From contig OX597824.1 of NCBI GenBank assembly GCA_951406725.2, forward strand, positions 76,260,001 through 76,324,000: a stretch of DNA of 64,000 nucleotides, in the 5' to 3' direction. Below are positions 26,435 to 40,838 of the stretch, one piece after another (the stretch's first letter is position 1; each line of letters starts with the position of its first letter). A program made the translations under genes and the position numbers. Source of the DNA: Octopus vulgaris (taxonomy: Eukaryota). The notes under the pieces were generated by a model. The model was given only the letters and a program-made list of their open reading frames with translations. It was not told the DNA's origin and ran no database searches.

Positions 26435-26944
26435 TAAGCTTTAGTATGTACATCTCTCTATCTGTGTATCTGTGTGTAATTAAAAATAAAAAATACAAAG
26501 TCAATGTGTGTGTGTGTTTGTATGTGTATGTGTGTGTATGTAAATAGGTACATATAGACAGTTTGATAGATAGACAGAGAGATTCATGTACGCGTGCAGA
26601 TATATATGTATGTATATATGCATGTATGTGTATGTATGTGTGTGTATGTATATAAATGCATGCGTGTGTGTGTATATATATGCGTGTATATGTATATATT
26701 ATATATATATGTGTGAGTGTGTGTATGTTGTCTGTGTATGTGTGTATGTGTGTATGTATGTATGTATGTATGTATATATGTATCTATATAAAATCAAAAT
26801 AAGCAACAAGGATTGATTTTAATCACCTTACTTTGAAATTGTATGGATAATACCGTACTAACTTCTGGTGCCTCAACTTAAGTACCATGTTCATCTGAAT
26901 CTAACTTTTTGCTTAACTGAACTACCATACCTATGTATGTATAT

Positions 26945-27335
26945 ACTTTTTACTCTCTTTTTTACTCTCTTGTTTCAAGTCATTTGACTGCGGCCATGCT
27001 GGAGCACTGCCTTTAGTCGCGCAAATCGACCCCGGGACTTATTCTTTGTAAGCCCAGTACTTATCCTATCGGTCTCTTTTGCCGAACCGCTAAGTGACGG
27101 GGACGTAAACACAGCAGCATCGGTTGTCAAGCAATTCTAGGGGGACAAACACAGACACACAAACATATACACACACACTTATAAATATATATATAAGTCT
27201 ACCAAATCCACTCACAAGGCATTGGTCGGCCCGGGGCTATAGCAGAAGACACTTGCCCAAAATGCCACGCAGTGGGACTGAACCCGGAACCATGTGGCTG
27301 GTTAGCAAGCTACTTACCACACAGCCACTCCTATA
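26945..27335 (-). mobile_element. SINE family A
   Basis: Reverse complement of 15684-16095 with a small internal deletion. Confidence 0.9.
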
Positions 27336-27407
27336 TATGTATACATGCCTATATATATTGATGCATATAAGTATATGCATAAGAATGTGCATGTATATTT
27401 ATATATG

Positions 27408-27486
<79 letters not shown>

Positions 27487-28189
27487 CTGTGTTAATGTTT
27501 TTTTCTCGTGTGTGTATGAGTTCCGTTTTCCTCCTTAATACATAGTAGACTAATGGCCTACAACTAAGTTTCCTCACTTTCTCTAGTTCGGAGATGTTCC
27601 AAACGATAATGTCACAGATATTGAACGAAATACAATAAAATTTCCCTGAGAACTTGTTAATGATTAGAAATCACTTAATAGAAATGGTATAATTAATTCT
27701 CATTGGTCCGTTGCGTTCGTTGAAGATAAGTAAATCCGGAGGAAAAAAATTGTTATCATTACTTTGAAATATTAGTGTTTGACATCGTTTGAGACAAAGC
27801 GAAGAGCCATTTATCATTTTATTGCTCGAAATCGGATTGTTATCGGTGTTGTTGTTGCTGCTGTTGTTGTTTCTCTTTGCGTATGATTCTTTGAATTTTT
27901 GTTGTGTTTCTTCATTTGTTGTTGTTGCTGTTGTTGTTGTTGTTGTTGTTGTTGTTGTGTGCGTATGAATGCCGGTACGTATATGTGTGTATATATGTAT
28001 GCTTGTATCTAAGTGTATGTATGTATGTATGTATGTATGTATGTATGTATGTATGTATATATATATATGTATGTATATAAACAATACATAAATGTACATG
28101 TATATATACATATGTACACACATATATATATAAACAGTACATAAATGTACATGTATATATACATATATACATATATGTATGTGTGTTCA

Positions 28190-28232
<43 letters not shown>

Positions 28233-28234
<2 letters not shown>

Positions 28235-28562
28235 CTTGTTTCAGTAATTTGCTTGTGGCCATACAGGAGCACCGCCTTTAGTCGAGCAAATCGACTTATT
28301 CTTTGTAAGCCTAGTACTTATTCTATCAGTCTCTTTTACTGAACCGTTAAGTTATGAGGACATAAACACACCAGCATCGGTTGTCAAGCGATGTTGGGGG
28401 AACAAACACAGACACACATACATATATATGGGCTTCTTTCAGTTCCCGTCTACCAAATCCACTCACAAGGCTTTTGTAGGCCCTAGGCTAAAGTAAACGA
28501 CACTTGCCCGAGGTGTCACGCAGTGGGACTGAACCTGGAACCATGTGGTTCATAAGCAAGCT
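28233..28562 (-). mobile_element. SINE family A
   Basis: Same body and head motifs as 15684-16095. Confidence 0.85.
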
Positions 28563-28699
28563 AGAGACTGATTGAATAAATACCAAACTTTAAAAAAGCA
28601 CTGAGAGTTGATATGCTCAGCTAATCTCATGTGGCTGGTGCCCCAGCACGGCCACTGTCCAATACTGAAGGTAAAAGATAAAAGATAACAGTATGGATT

Positions 28700-29165
28700 T
28701 CGAATTTTGGTGCAAGGTCAGCAATTTCAGGGAAGCGTTCAAGTCGATTACATCAACACCAGTGTTTAGCGGGTACTAATTTCATCGACACCGAGAGGAC
28801 GAAAAGCAAAGTCGTCCTCAACGGAATTCGAACGCAGAACGAAAAGACGGGCGAAACGCTGCCAAGCATTTTCCCGGCGCGGTAACAATTCCGCCAGCTC
28901 CACAACCTTAGACGGTCATACTTGTTACAACTTTCAGTGCAAGGCCAGCAATTTGGGGTGGAGGGGAGAGACAGAAAATCGATAACATCGACCCCAGTGT
29001 TCGACTAGTACTTATCTATTTCATCGCCTCCGAAAGGATGAAATGAAAAGACGACTTCGCAACGTAAATACGACCTCGCCGGAATTTGAGCTCGGAACAT
29101 AAAGACAGACGAAATGTCGCTAAGTATTTTGTCCGGCGTGTTAACAATTCTGCCAGTTTGCCGCA
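28700..29165 (-). mobile_element. Two diverged tandem SINE family B copies
   Basis: Two iterations of gtgcaaggYcagcaattt...acatc.ac.ccagtg...ggaatt.ga.c.c.gaac...gccag. Confidence 0.75.
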
Positions 29166-29254
29166 TTAGAAGAGATAGGTTATTAAAAATATATATATTT
29201 TACGTAGTTCAGACATTTCCTGATATAAAACTCTCTGGAATGAGTGCATAAATA

Positions 29255-29457
29255 CAGGGTGGCCAAAAGTAGGTTTACAGTTATTACCTAGGCACTTTAA
29301 ATTTATTTTAAAACATTTTATTACATTTAAATTTCTATCTTACAATTAACGAAATTAGCATAGAATAAGAGTTTCACATTTTTTTATAATTAAGATTTAA
29401 ACTGCAAATCCGAAAGAGATAGTTGAATTACTGTAAACCTAATTTTGGGCCACCCTG
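29255..29457. mobile_element. Tc1/mariner-type MITE
   Basis: TIR cagggtggccaaaagtaggtttacagt / actgtaaacctaattttgggccaccctg, flanked by TA on both sides. Confidence 0.9.
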
Positions 29458-29777
29458 TATGTTTATTATATAAAATTTGGTCGTCCACTCAGAGCTTTAG
29501 CCAGGCTAGACTTATTATATTTGTCTTGACGTATTCAAACCGAGAAGAAAAACTGTCAACTTTTGACATAATAAATATACATACATGATGGTTGCCTAAT
29601 CACGTCACATTATTGCCGTCTCTTACTCAACCTAATTGCTCTGGTTTACTTTCATACATGCGACATCGGTCGCCATGATAATATAGCAAGATGGCTGGCA
29701 CTGTTTTGACGGCGAGTTTTCTGCCAGAGTATCTTACCCCCTGGGGTAGATCAGCATCCCTTTATTTTTGACGTACA

Positions 29778-29871
<94 letters not shown>

Positions 29872-30067
29872 CTGACGTTTTGTCGCATCGGCTCTGAAGG
29901 CAATCGTTTTTTTAACCATTTATAGCCTACATTTTGCTTACATTTTTGTACATAATGTATGTGAATCACCCAACTTTCGTTTGAGTGTCTTTCCAATGGA
30001 GGAATTAGCCCCTCGGGGTAGTTTCAACCTTAATTAAATTTGTATATTTTCTTCTTGACATAAAAAA

Positions 30068-30975
30068 ATGTCGAGAAATGTCATCATAGAACGCTGGTCA
30101 AATTCCTTCATGGACCAGCATTTCCCTAGCCTTGAAACGCTAGGAGAAAAAAGGAATAACTCCTGCACGCGCACACATACAACTATAGACATGAAAAATG
30201 ATAAGAAATCAAAGGCAAACCTGAGTGACGTGGAAGTGAACGCTGCAACTACGAACGTTAACAGCCCTGTTACCACCACCACCATGACCACCACCACCAC
30301 CACCACCATGACTACCACTGCTACCACTAACAATAACACCACCAACAACAACGATATCGTCGCTACGCCGTCTACGATAACCGCCAACAACAACAACACC
30401 ACTACTACAACCTCAACTGCTACAAATGAGACCTCTGCCACCAATACTACCACCACCACCACCAAAACAAATTTTGCCGAAGCAATTAAACAAGAGAGAA
30501 CAATCGTATCTTTCACTGCACAACAGATCAAAGAAACAAAAACACTTCTTACGAAAGAAGGCGAAAATTTACATTTATACATCCTTCAGAACATAGAACA
30601 AACACACGCAAAAAAGCCGTCATCTACAAAATATTGAGTACAGAAAAAAACCCCCCGAAAACGCAGCACAGGAAAAAATTCAAAATGCCTTCGCCCTGTA
30701 TGGCCACATAAGGAATACATCAATTAGTGGCATAAATTTGCCACTATTCAAATTCATTTCCACAGCGAAAAATTAGCAAAGCATTTTTCAACACTCACTC
30801 TTCGTAGAAACCAGCTGATAATGATACCCAGCTATCTTGGGCAAAGAGTGACGAAGGTAAGAATAAAGAATGTGCCTCCAGAGATAGAGACGCAATGGTT
30901 GTTATCTACCATCTGCTTCGAAATGGAGGAAGCTAATATTTTAGAAATTGCTGTCCTTGAACAGCAAAACATTAA
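30068..30975 (+). pseudogene. LINE ORF1 relic with Thr/Asn-rich N-terminus
   Basis: IPSYLGQRVTKVRIKNVPPEIETQWLL is homologous to 6811-6895; lies upstream of the endonuclease; broken by stops and frameshifts. Confidence 0.7.
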
Positions 30976-31220
30976 AACGAGCAACCACCCATACACAACA
31001 CCACCAGAACACATCAAAATTTGCCATATCACACCAAAATTGCACCACACACTAAAATCCCTCTACCTCAATGCGGTAGGGGGATGTTATAAATACTTAG
31101 CAAAAAAACTTTACAGTAACCTCCTTGATAAAAAATCAAAGTGGGAAACAAAACTTTCGAACGGTAAGTAACTCTCTGTTCCTCTTGTTTGTGTTTTAAA
31201 GCACACAACTCAATAGGATC

Positions 31221-31965
31221 ATGGTCAAGATTAGTTGTGCGAATGCGCGTGGCTTGGAGTCCCCTTGGAAACAAGGGTACTTATTAAATGACAAAGTCAC
31301 ACGATTTGGGAATCATAGCCATAAGTGAGACCATACTCTATGAGCCACGGGTCCTAAAATCCATGTTTGGCGGACAGGTTAACATTTATTTTTCGTCCTG
31401 TCTGCCGAAGATGGGCGGTAGTGGCACGGCGGTAATTTTTCACAAGAGTCTGGATCTCGAAGTAAAGACGATATTCGTAGACCCGGAGGGTAGACTGGCT
31501 GTCGACGGCTGCGATAGGTGCGCTTTTCGACTCCTAGCAGTCTATGCACCGCCTTTAACAGGTCGGCCGGTTATTTTTCGACGTCTAGAAGTATTCCTGG
31601 GAACGTCTCGTCCTTTACTTTTAGTGGGGGATTGGAATGCTACCTTGGACACGCATCTAGACTACGTGGGAAGAGACAGAAATAGACGGGGATGGAAATG
31701 CCTTCGAGACCTGTTCAGACGCTCTCAACTGCCTGCCAGGTACTAACTCGACCACCCAAATGCGCCAACGTGGACATGGACCAACAGCATTGGGTCGTCG
31801 AGATCGTATCTAGATAGGATACTGTGTAGGACAGTTGATAGGGATAGCTTCGGATGTCCACAATTCCACATAGTCAGCTACACGGATCACAAACTTGTGA
31901 CGTGTACGCTAGATTTAGATAAAGCATATAGGCAGGGCCTCGTTTACTGGAAACTGAACGCGTCT
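31221..31965 (+). pseudogene. APE-type endonuclease domain of LINE ORF2 (one frameshift, one stop)
   Basis: MVKISCANARGL..IAISET..GTAVIF..EGR..VYAP..VGDWNA..TWTW..SYLDRI..TDHKLV..WKLNAS. Confidence 0.92.
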
Positions 31966-32044
31966 TTCCCGTCTTTCAGAAAAGAAAAATTCTACATTGT
32001 AATTGTCCCCACTGTGTTTAGCCCTGTGTATCCAATAAAGAAAG

Positions 32045-32132
<88 letters not shown>

Positions 32133-32597
32133 TGTCTGTCTGTCTGTATGTATGTATGTGCGTTTGTATATATGCAGGTGCAGACAGGAATGTGTTCTTA
32201 AAAAGAACGTGCGAACCAATCGGACGCGCATCTTCATACATGCGCAAAACACACATACAGACACGCACAGACATATGCCTGTCCATATAAATAGAATGAA
32301 TATATAAATGCATATATCATCATATATATATATATACATAAGTATATGTATACACATACACACAAAGATATATATATACACACACATATACACAAAAAGA
32401 ATGAGATGGAGCGTCTATTTTGAGACGCTATGCATACACGATACGTGCGTTTATATAAGTATGTAGACGCACACATGCGCGCACACAGATACACACACAA
32501 ATATATACATATATGTGCCTGACCATATATATATATATACATACATATATGTATATATACATACATACACACACACACATACATACATACATACACA

Positions 32598-32693
<96 letters not shown>

Positions 32694-33199
32694 TATATAT
32701 ATATATATGTATATGTTTATAGACTGATAGATTAATACGTAGACAGAATGATATGTAGATTGGTAGATAGATAGATCGATAAATAGATAGATATCATTAC
32801 ATTGCGAAGTGTTTGTGATAATGATATTAGCTTGCGTATATGTCCATAATGTTCAAATGGCTTCTACACTATTTCACAATAAGCCTTATCAAAGGCTTTG
32901 ATGAAATCGATATGCAAATCAAATTTTATGAGTTTCTCTTTATAAACAGAAAAATAGACAATGGTTAAATGTAAGTTCTAGTTGGACTGACACCAAATTA
33001 TGACTCGGGTGGAATTCACCGTTATTCTAATGCCGCAGTTGAAAGATAGTCAAGCAACTTGCCAGCTACTGAGACACACAAAATCAACGAACCTTGTTGC
33101 GATTTTTCCAGTTTTGATTTCGCTTTCAAGAGGTACAATTTAATCGGTTATACTTCCTTCTTATCACCATCAAGTATGTGTGGCCCTATATTGCTATTA

Positions 33200-34012
33200 A
33201 GGCGGTGAGCTGGCAGAATCGTTAGCACGCCGGGCGAAATGCGTAGCCGTATTTTGTCTGCCGTTATGTTCTGAGTTCAAATTCCGCCGAGGTCGACTTT
33301 GACTTTCACTCTTTCGGGGTCGATTAAATAAGTACCAGTTACGCACTGGGGTTGATGTAATCGACTTAATCCGTTTCTCTGTCCTTGTTTGTCCCCTCTG
33401 TGTTTAGCCCCTTGTGGGTGGTAGTAAAGAAATAGAAATAGGTATTTCGTCTGCCGCTACGTTCTGAGTTCAAATTTCGCCGAGGTCGATTTTGCCTTTC
33501 ATCCTTTCGGGATCGATAAATTAAGTACCAGTTACGCACTGAAGTCCATTTAATCGACTTAATCCGTTTGTCTTTCCTTATTTGTCCCCTCTATGTTTAG
33601 CCTCTTGTGGGCAATAAAGAAATAGATGGTGAGTTGGTAGAACTGTTTGCACATCGGACAAAATTCTCAAGGTATTTCTTCTGATTCTTTATGGTATGAG
33701 TTCAAATTCCGCTCAGGTCAAATTTGCCTTTAAATCCATCAGAGTTGATGAAAATAAAGTTCCAGTCAAGGACCGAGTTCGATGTAATCGATTAACTTCA
33801 CTTCAAATTGCTGGCTTGGCGTCAGAATTTGAAACCAATGTTAATGTGACGTGCTGGTAAAATCGGTGGCGCTTCGCTGAAAGTGCTTGGAACGATTTCT
33901 TTACGAAATGGTCTTTACGTTATGAGTTCAAATTCCACCGTGAGCAATTTTGCCTTTCATCCCACGGGACGATGTAATTGACTTGCCCCTCCCTTCAAAA
34001 TTGCTGGCCTTG
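33200..34012 (+). mobile_element. Cluster of four SINE family B copies (two young, two diverged)
   Basis: Four GAGTTCAAATT B boxes, each followed by a ttgccttt-like core; junctions at about 33441 and 33625. Confidence 0.88.
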
Positions 34013-34174
34013 AATTCTGCCACAGACCGGCATCTCGTTGAAGGATAAGGTTGTGATCTCGGTAACTAATATACTTTGAAAAATAGGTAACCTGCTCTTA
34101 TAACAACCAGGGCTCGAGAAAAACGTACTAATCCGAGGAATTTTTGCGGTATTTCATGATTGCATTCAATATTG

Positions 34175-34395
34175 GTGTCAAATTTTGGTACATCGACCCC
34201 CAGCACACAATGGTACTTAATTTATTGACCCCGAAGGATGAAAGGCAAAGTCGACCCTGGGGGAATTTGAACTCAGAACAACAAGACGAACGAAATGCCG
34301 CCAAGCATTTTGCCTGGTGTGCTAACGATTCTGACACCTCATCATCTTAAAGGAAATGTTGACCTCGGTGGAATTTGAACTCAGAATGTAAAGAT
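34175..34395 (-). mobile_element. SINE family B, diverged, with partial duplication
   Basis: ggtacttaatttattgaccccgaaggatgaaaggcaaagtcgacc; gaatttgaactcagaa occurs twice. Confidence 0.75.
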
Positions 34396-34741
34396 AGCCG
34401 GGTCGCCTATGCAGTTAAGCGCTTTATAGGTACGAAACCAACAGTCACCTTTTGACCGGCAGTAACATTCAATTTTCTTATATATATATATATATATATA
34501 TATATACTGTATACTACGGGATTCTTTCAGTTTCTGGTTACCAAATCCGCTGAAAAGGCTTTGGTTAACTCCAAACTCCAAACATTTACCACTCTGTGGG
34601 AATGAATCCAGAACCATTGGATTGAGAATTAAACTTTTACCACAGGACACCCACTTGTATACCTTCTTAAGACACAGATACACACAAATACACACACACA
34701 CACAGAAACACACACATATTTTATTAGTACTTAGCAACATA

Positions 34742-34852
<111 letters not shown>

Positions 34853-35315
34853 AGCGCAGTATATACATATAAATATACGTGTGTACACACACATTATATA
34901 TATGTGTACTTATATAGGTATATGTATGTGAATATATACACACATACACATATATGTATGTATATATAATGAAATAGTAATGACAATACAAGTAAAGATA
35001 ATGAAACTAAAGCAGATTATCCATTAAAATAATTAATAGCTAAATACGGATAAGGATAAATTAATATTTATAGTATTACATAAAAATTAAACAATAAAAA
35101 TCTAAATATATACAGAGGAGATTATAATTAATAATAGATGATAACGTCGAGGCATGAACGTAGATTGATGGGCAAGAAGATCATTTTAAGGTCATACGTT
35201 TCTGGTTCTGTGTCCAATCCCATTGGGCGGTGTCAGGTAAAGTATCTTCTACGATGGCATTGAGCTAACCAAGATGAATTTGGTGGACAAGAACAATGAG
35301 GAAATCCTTCTTATA

Positions 35316-35351
<36 letters not shown>

Positions 35352-35394
35352 AGACCAAAGTGTACGTACGCCGCTATATTTTTATATGTAAAAA

Positions 35395-35874
35395 ATACAA
35401 AAATGGGACAAGAACGCAAAACATCCAGACAAACGATACAAAGAAAACAAGGACGGTCGTTTGGAGTTTTCTTTCCTCAGTCGAGTTCCAAATTATCTTT
35501 GCAATATCGGTTGGTTATACTCGAGATTGGTCCAATCTGGCCAGCCCCAAGGAAAAACTAAACTAAGAGCATTAGATTCCTTGGGAGAACGCAGCGAATG
35601 TATACGAAAACAAAGACGGAAAAAAACCCGGAGAATTGGTGCACAAATACAAATAACAGGTCAGTCCTGTTATTTGTATTTGTGTACCATCTCTCACACG
35701 CCAGCTTAATGTAATTCGGCCTTAGTCGAAAGACACCTGTTGTTATGACCTGTTATTTTTATTTGTGTTACATTCTCCGTTTGTTTTCCGTCTTTGTTTT
35801 CGTATACATTCGCTGCTTTCTTCCAAGGAATCTACTGCTCTTAACTTAGTCTTTCATTGGGGCTGGCTAGATTG
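35395..35874. mobile_element. Fold-back repeat with nested inverted arms, probably a Penelope-type inverted terminal repeat
   Basis: 35533-35663 pairs with 35746-35874; 35637-35660 pairs with 35666-35689. Confidence 0.75.
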
Positions 35875-36076
35875 TTAAAAAATTCCTTTTCCTCCCTGAT
35901 CGAAAACTGCAGTTTCTGCGGGATCGCTCGTAACACACACGTGGGTACAAGGGACAAGTATGTATTCACATTCGGCTGTGTAAATTTTGGAAGTGTTGGT
36001 TGGATATCTGTTGCGCGATGGCGCTTGATCGTGTACATATTCAACCCTAGTTCTTTCAAATTTTATATTTGAAATG

Positions 36077-36136
36077 CTACACTGATGATGAGAAATAAGT
36101 AAGTAAATATACTTTAATCTCGAAACGCGTATGTGG
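36077..36136 (+). ncRNA. Minimal type-I hammerhead ribozyme (Penelope type)
   Basis: CTACA CTGATGA T GAGA-loop-TCTC GAAA CGCGT A TGTGG; canonical core, palindromic stem III ACGCGT, GUA triplet. Confidence 0.75.
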
Positions 36137-36294
36137 TTAATTGGAGTCGTGTGGATTCATTCTACGTAAAAAAGTGTGTTACTGTCTGGGAGATTCTTAC
36201 GGTAGTAGAAGATGAATTTTTAAACTCCAATTTCTAAATTCGCTGTGTGGTGAAGCAATTAGCTGGCCTCTAATTATAATTATGCTTATAATTA

Positions 36295-36677
36295 TCTCTC
36301 TATATATAAACGGCAGTTTGTCTGTGTGTGTTTCTGTGTGTCTGTTTGCTTGTACCCTCACCCTGACCACGGCTTTCAACCGATTCTGATGAAACTTGAC
36401 ACACACATAGCCCAATGTCATAATTCAAAACTAACGCAGCGAAAATTTTGAAAAGTTCCCCCAGTTCTGAAAAAAATCGATAAATTCGACATGGGGTCGA
36501 GAATCAGAAAGACAAACCAAAAACTGTCTAGGGGACGCAACTCCACTTTTTTAACTCTCAAAAAAAAATTTACCATAATTTTTTTCCATTTCTTGCTATT
36601 TTTTGGCTATAACTCTCTAAAAATGCTTTATAGTTATTTCCATTACAAACCCGAGCAATGCCGGGCGATACTGCTAG
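36295..36677 (+). mobile_element. Non-autonomous Helitron-like element
   Basis: 5' TC, 3' CTAG, subterminal hairpin cccgagcaatgccggg at 36650-36665, inserted between A and T with no TSD. Confidence 0.8.
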
Positions 36678-36760
36678 TAGAATATATATATATATATATA
36701 TATATATATCATTTATATTATTATATGATTGAACACCATGCATTCTCTTCCAAGTAAGTT

Positions 36761-36854
<94 letters not shown>

Positions 36855-36859
36855 GTCTA

Positions 36860-36934
<75 letters not shown>

Positions 36935-37519
36935 ATGTATGTATGTGTGTGTGCGTGTATGCGCATACATACAGACTCGCACATGCCTACATGCATATAT
37001 ATATTAAGTACATATATGCATACAATGTTTGCATACATATGCTTATACCTGGATACACATATTCGTACATACATAAATAAATACATACATACATACACAT
37101 ATAAATATATATACATATATATATGCATACATTTATATACATACATTTCTATACGCATACACAAATACACATATGCACACACAACTACGAACGTGCATAT
37201 GTACACGCGTGCATATATACACGTGCATACGTATGCATACATACCCACCTATAGGCATGAGTATATATGTAAATACAGATGCATATAGACATATGTATAT
37301 ATGTGTGTATATATACATGCATACAATGCTCGCATACTTATGCTTATACGTGTATACACATATTCGCACATGCATACTTATAAGCTTACACCTGCCGACA
37401 CACACACATACACACACATGCACACTCACACACACACGTGTGTGCACGTACAGATACACGCGCACATGTTAAACTAAAAGCAAAAGTAAGCAAAAAAAGA
37501 TATGAAAACAAACATATAA

Positions 37520-37562
<43 letters not shown>

Positions 37563-37758
37563 CACAGCGTACAAAACCCGTGACTATGTAATATCCTCGC
37601 TATTACACTACACAACGCTATTGAATATAGTTTAATATCATCATTGTTATAACCACCGTCACTACCGCCATCATCATCATCATCATCGTCGTCGTCGTCT
37701 TTCGAGTTATTATGATTTGTGAAAGTGAAGCTCAGCCTTAGCCTTCTGTTTGTCCTGA

Positions 37759-37813
37759 CCACGTGTTCTATACCTAACTGCCACGTGTTGCAAACACAGT
37801 TCTGATGACGTCA
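37759..37813. promoter_or_regulatory. Candidate enhancer: two CCACGTGTT E-boxes and a palindromic CRE
   Basis: E-boxes at 37759 and 37781, TGACGTCA at 37806-37813, in a short non-repetitive island; motif evidence only. Confidence 0.3.
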
Positions 37814-37889
37814 ATCAGTAATTAAGAGCGTCGACATATCGAACGTGCAAAACTTAAAAATAGTTTCTAACGATAAGCTCCACAATACA

Positions 37890-37893
37890 CCTT

Positions 37894-37971
<78 letters not shown>

Positions 37972-38839
37972 GTCTTATATTGCTTTCCTTCTCCTGTTCT
38001 CTATTTATATCTCTGTCTCCGTCCGTCCGTCTGTCCGTCTATCTGTCTGTCAATCTGTCTTTGTCTCTCTCACTGTCTCTCTCTCTCTCTCTCTCTTTTC
38101 CATTGTCACTTTCTGTTCCTCTCTTTCTCTCTCTTTTTATACTTTCTCACCTCTCTCTTTCTCTAGCTCATTTATTCGCGCTCTTTCCTTTTCCGTCTCC
38201 TTCTTTCATGCGTTATTCTTTCCTTCCTTCCTTCCTTCCTTCCTTCTCCCCTAAACTTTCCTTGTTTTTTTTTGTTTTTGTTTTTGCTTTCTCTTTTCAT
38301 TCTTCTTAATCAAACTTTCACCGCTTCCTTCTTTTTTTTACCATTCTAAGTATTCCTTATTTTCTTTCTCTCTCATTCTTTCCGCATCTTTTTCCCAATT
38401 TTTCTATCATTCTCAACCATTTTCTTTCTCTTTTTTCTTTTCTTTTTTTTTGCTTTCTGTTCATCTATTTATTTATTTATTTGTATTATTTATTTATTTA
38501 TTTCTATTATTTATTTATTTGTATTATAATAGTCTTTCAAAATTTTCCCTGCTTTCTTTCTGTTTTTCTTTCATTCTGTCATTCTTTAATTTATTGAAAC
38601 ATTCTTTCTCTTTCAACTATTCATTCATTTTTTCATTCATTCATTCATTCATTCATTCTTTCTTTCTTTCATTCACTCATTCTTTCATTTATTCATTCAT
38701 TCTTTCATTCATTCAGTCTTTCTTTCATTCACTTATTCATTCATTTATTCATTCATGCTTTCATTCACTCATTCTTTCATTCTTTCTTTATTCACTAATT
38801 CATTCTGCCATAATTCTTTCTTTCTACCTTCCTTCTTTC

Positions 38840-38890
<51 letters not shown>

Positions 38891-39308
38891 TTCTTTCCTT
38901 CTTTCTATCTTTCTTTCTTTCTTCCTTCCTTTCTTTCCTTCTTTCTTTCCTTCCTTCCTTCTTTCCTTCATTTCTTTCTTACTTTCTTTCTTCCTTCTTT
39001 CCTTCATTTCCTTCTTTCATTCATTCTTTCTTTCTTTCTTCCTTCCTTCCTTCCTTTCTTTTTTTCTTTCTTTCTTTCTTTCTTCCTTCCTTCCTTCCTT
39101 CATTTCTTTCTTTCTTTCTTTCTTTCTTTCTTTCATTCTTCCCTCCTTCCTTCCTTCCTTCCTTCCTTTCTTCCTTCCTTCCTTCCTTTCTTTCTTTCTT
39201 TCTTTCTTTCTTCCTTCCTTCCTTCCTTCATTTCTTTCTTTCTTTCTTTCATTCTTTCCTTCCTTCCTTCCTTCCTTCCTTCCTTCCTTCCTTCCTTCTT
39301 TCTTTCTG

Positions 39309-39344
<36 letters not shown>

Positions 39345-39415
39345 TTCCCCTCTCTTCTCTCTCTCTCTCTTCCCTCCTTTCTTTCTTTCTTTTCTTTCTT
39401 TCTGTTCTTATTCTC
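37890..39415. repeat. About 1.5 kb pyrimidine-rich compound microsatellite ((CT)n, (TTCA)n, (TTTC)n, (TTCC)n)
   Basis: Directly visible; explains the 335 aa F/L/S ORF. Confidence 0.95.
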
Positions 39416-39544
39416 CATAATACTGCTGCAAATTCTAAGTTTTTTTTTTTGTCTTAAACAACGCAAATATTGTTTCTCTTGCTGTTGTAGTTCTTGCTTT
39501 TTCGTTCAGAGGTTAATTCATTTTTTGTTTTTGTTGTTCTCTTT

Positions 39545-39576
39545 CATTATTATCATCATCGTCGTCGTCGTAGTCG

Positions 39577-39617
<41 letters not shown>

Positions 39618-39642
39618 GTCATCGTCGTCGTCGTCGTCGTCG

Positions 39643-39674
<32 letters not shown>

Positions 39675-39690
39675 GTCATTGTCGTCGTCG

Positions 39691-39728
<38 letters not shown>

Positions 39729-39730
39729 TT
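39545..39730. repeat. (CAT/CGT)n microsatellite
   Basis: Directly visible. Confidence 0.95.
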
Positions 39731-39996
39731 GTTCTTTTTCTTCATCTTGCTTATCTCGTTTTCCTCTTCTTTCCTTGCCGCCCTCCTCCCATTTCTCTTC
39801 CCTCCACTTTCTCCGCCAATAAACGTGTTGGCAGTCGATTAACGTGAAGCCACGTGTTCCCGGAAGCATTTTGCCTCCGACATGTAAATGAACGGTGTCG
39901 GTGCTGGGAAGTAGAGAGAAAAAAAAAGACAGAGATAGATAGAGAGAAATAGAGATAGACAGATAGACACAAGGAGAGAGAGAGAGAGAGAGAGAC

Positions 39997-40041
<45 letters not shown>

Positions 40042-40458
40042 AAGAGACAGCTAGCGAGGAAGAGAAAGCAAGAGAGGAAAGTGACAGACAAGCAGACAGT
40101 GACAGTCAGACAGACAAGCACGTGAATTACTTGTGTTTAATATAATAAATAGCGGTGTTTATTTCTGGTCTCTTGCGCCCTGAGTTCAAATCACGCCGAA
40201 GCTAGTTTTATTTTCCGTCCTTTCGGAATCAATGAGGTGTGGGGCCAGCAAGGGTTTCAGTAAGATAAAATGCTCAGGTGATCGACCAGACTATCGGATG
40301 CTGTTATACATCGCTGGCCACGATGCACTTTGCATCGTTCTAGCTTTCGAATGATGCCTCTCCTTCCTTCCTTTCTTTCGTTCTTTCCTTCCTTCCTTCC
40401 TTCATTTCTTTCTTTCTTCCTTCCTTTCATTCTTCCTTCCTTCCTTTCTTTCTTCCTC

Positions 40459-40501
<43 letters not shown>

Positions 40502-40838
40502 ATTGCCCCAGATCAGAAGACTAACCCGTTGCAATGAGAACCATTTACAGCTGAGTCTACTCAGCTTGTAAATGAACGTGAAATGAAGTGCTTTGCTCAA
40601 GATCACAGCGCGCAGCCAGTCTGGGAATCGAAACTGCGATCTTACGGTCGTGAGTGCAACATGCTTAACTTCTAGGCCAGGCGCGTTTTCATCAGTACTC
40701 GTCAATAAATTAAGGTACCAGTAAAATACTGGTGACGATATATATTCTTGCAATGCATCGTTGATGTAAACGGAATTATAACTCGATATAGTTACACACA
40801 CACACATATATACACACACGCACACGCACATACATATA

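Larger units (their letters stand above)
29871..32046 (+). mobile_element. Tx1/L1-like LINE lacking RT (ORF1 relic, endonuclease, 3' tail) inserted in (TATC)n
   Basis: (TATC)n at about 29779-29870 and 32046-32130; ORF1 relic, APE domain, tail tgtttagccctgtgtatccaataaagaaag. Confidence 0.85.

Noticed and set aside
30068-30637. Thr-rich mucin-like ORF as a host gene
   Set aside because: It is the ORF1 N-terminus of the LINE; a homologous relic lies at about 6200-6990
35448-35490. Minus-strand CTGAGGA...CAAACGACCGTC as a hammerhead
   Set aside because: GAAA is broken and stem I does not pair; at best a decayed relic
38450-39457. Longest ORF (335 aa, F/L/S-rich), superficially a membrane protein
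   Set aside because: Stop-free only because the strand is a pyrimidine microsatellite
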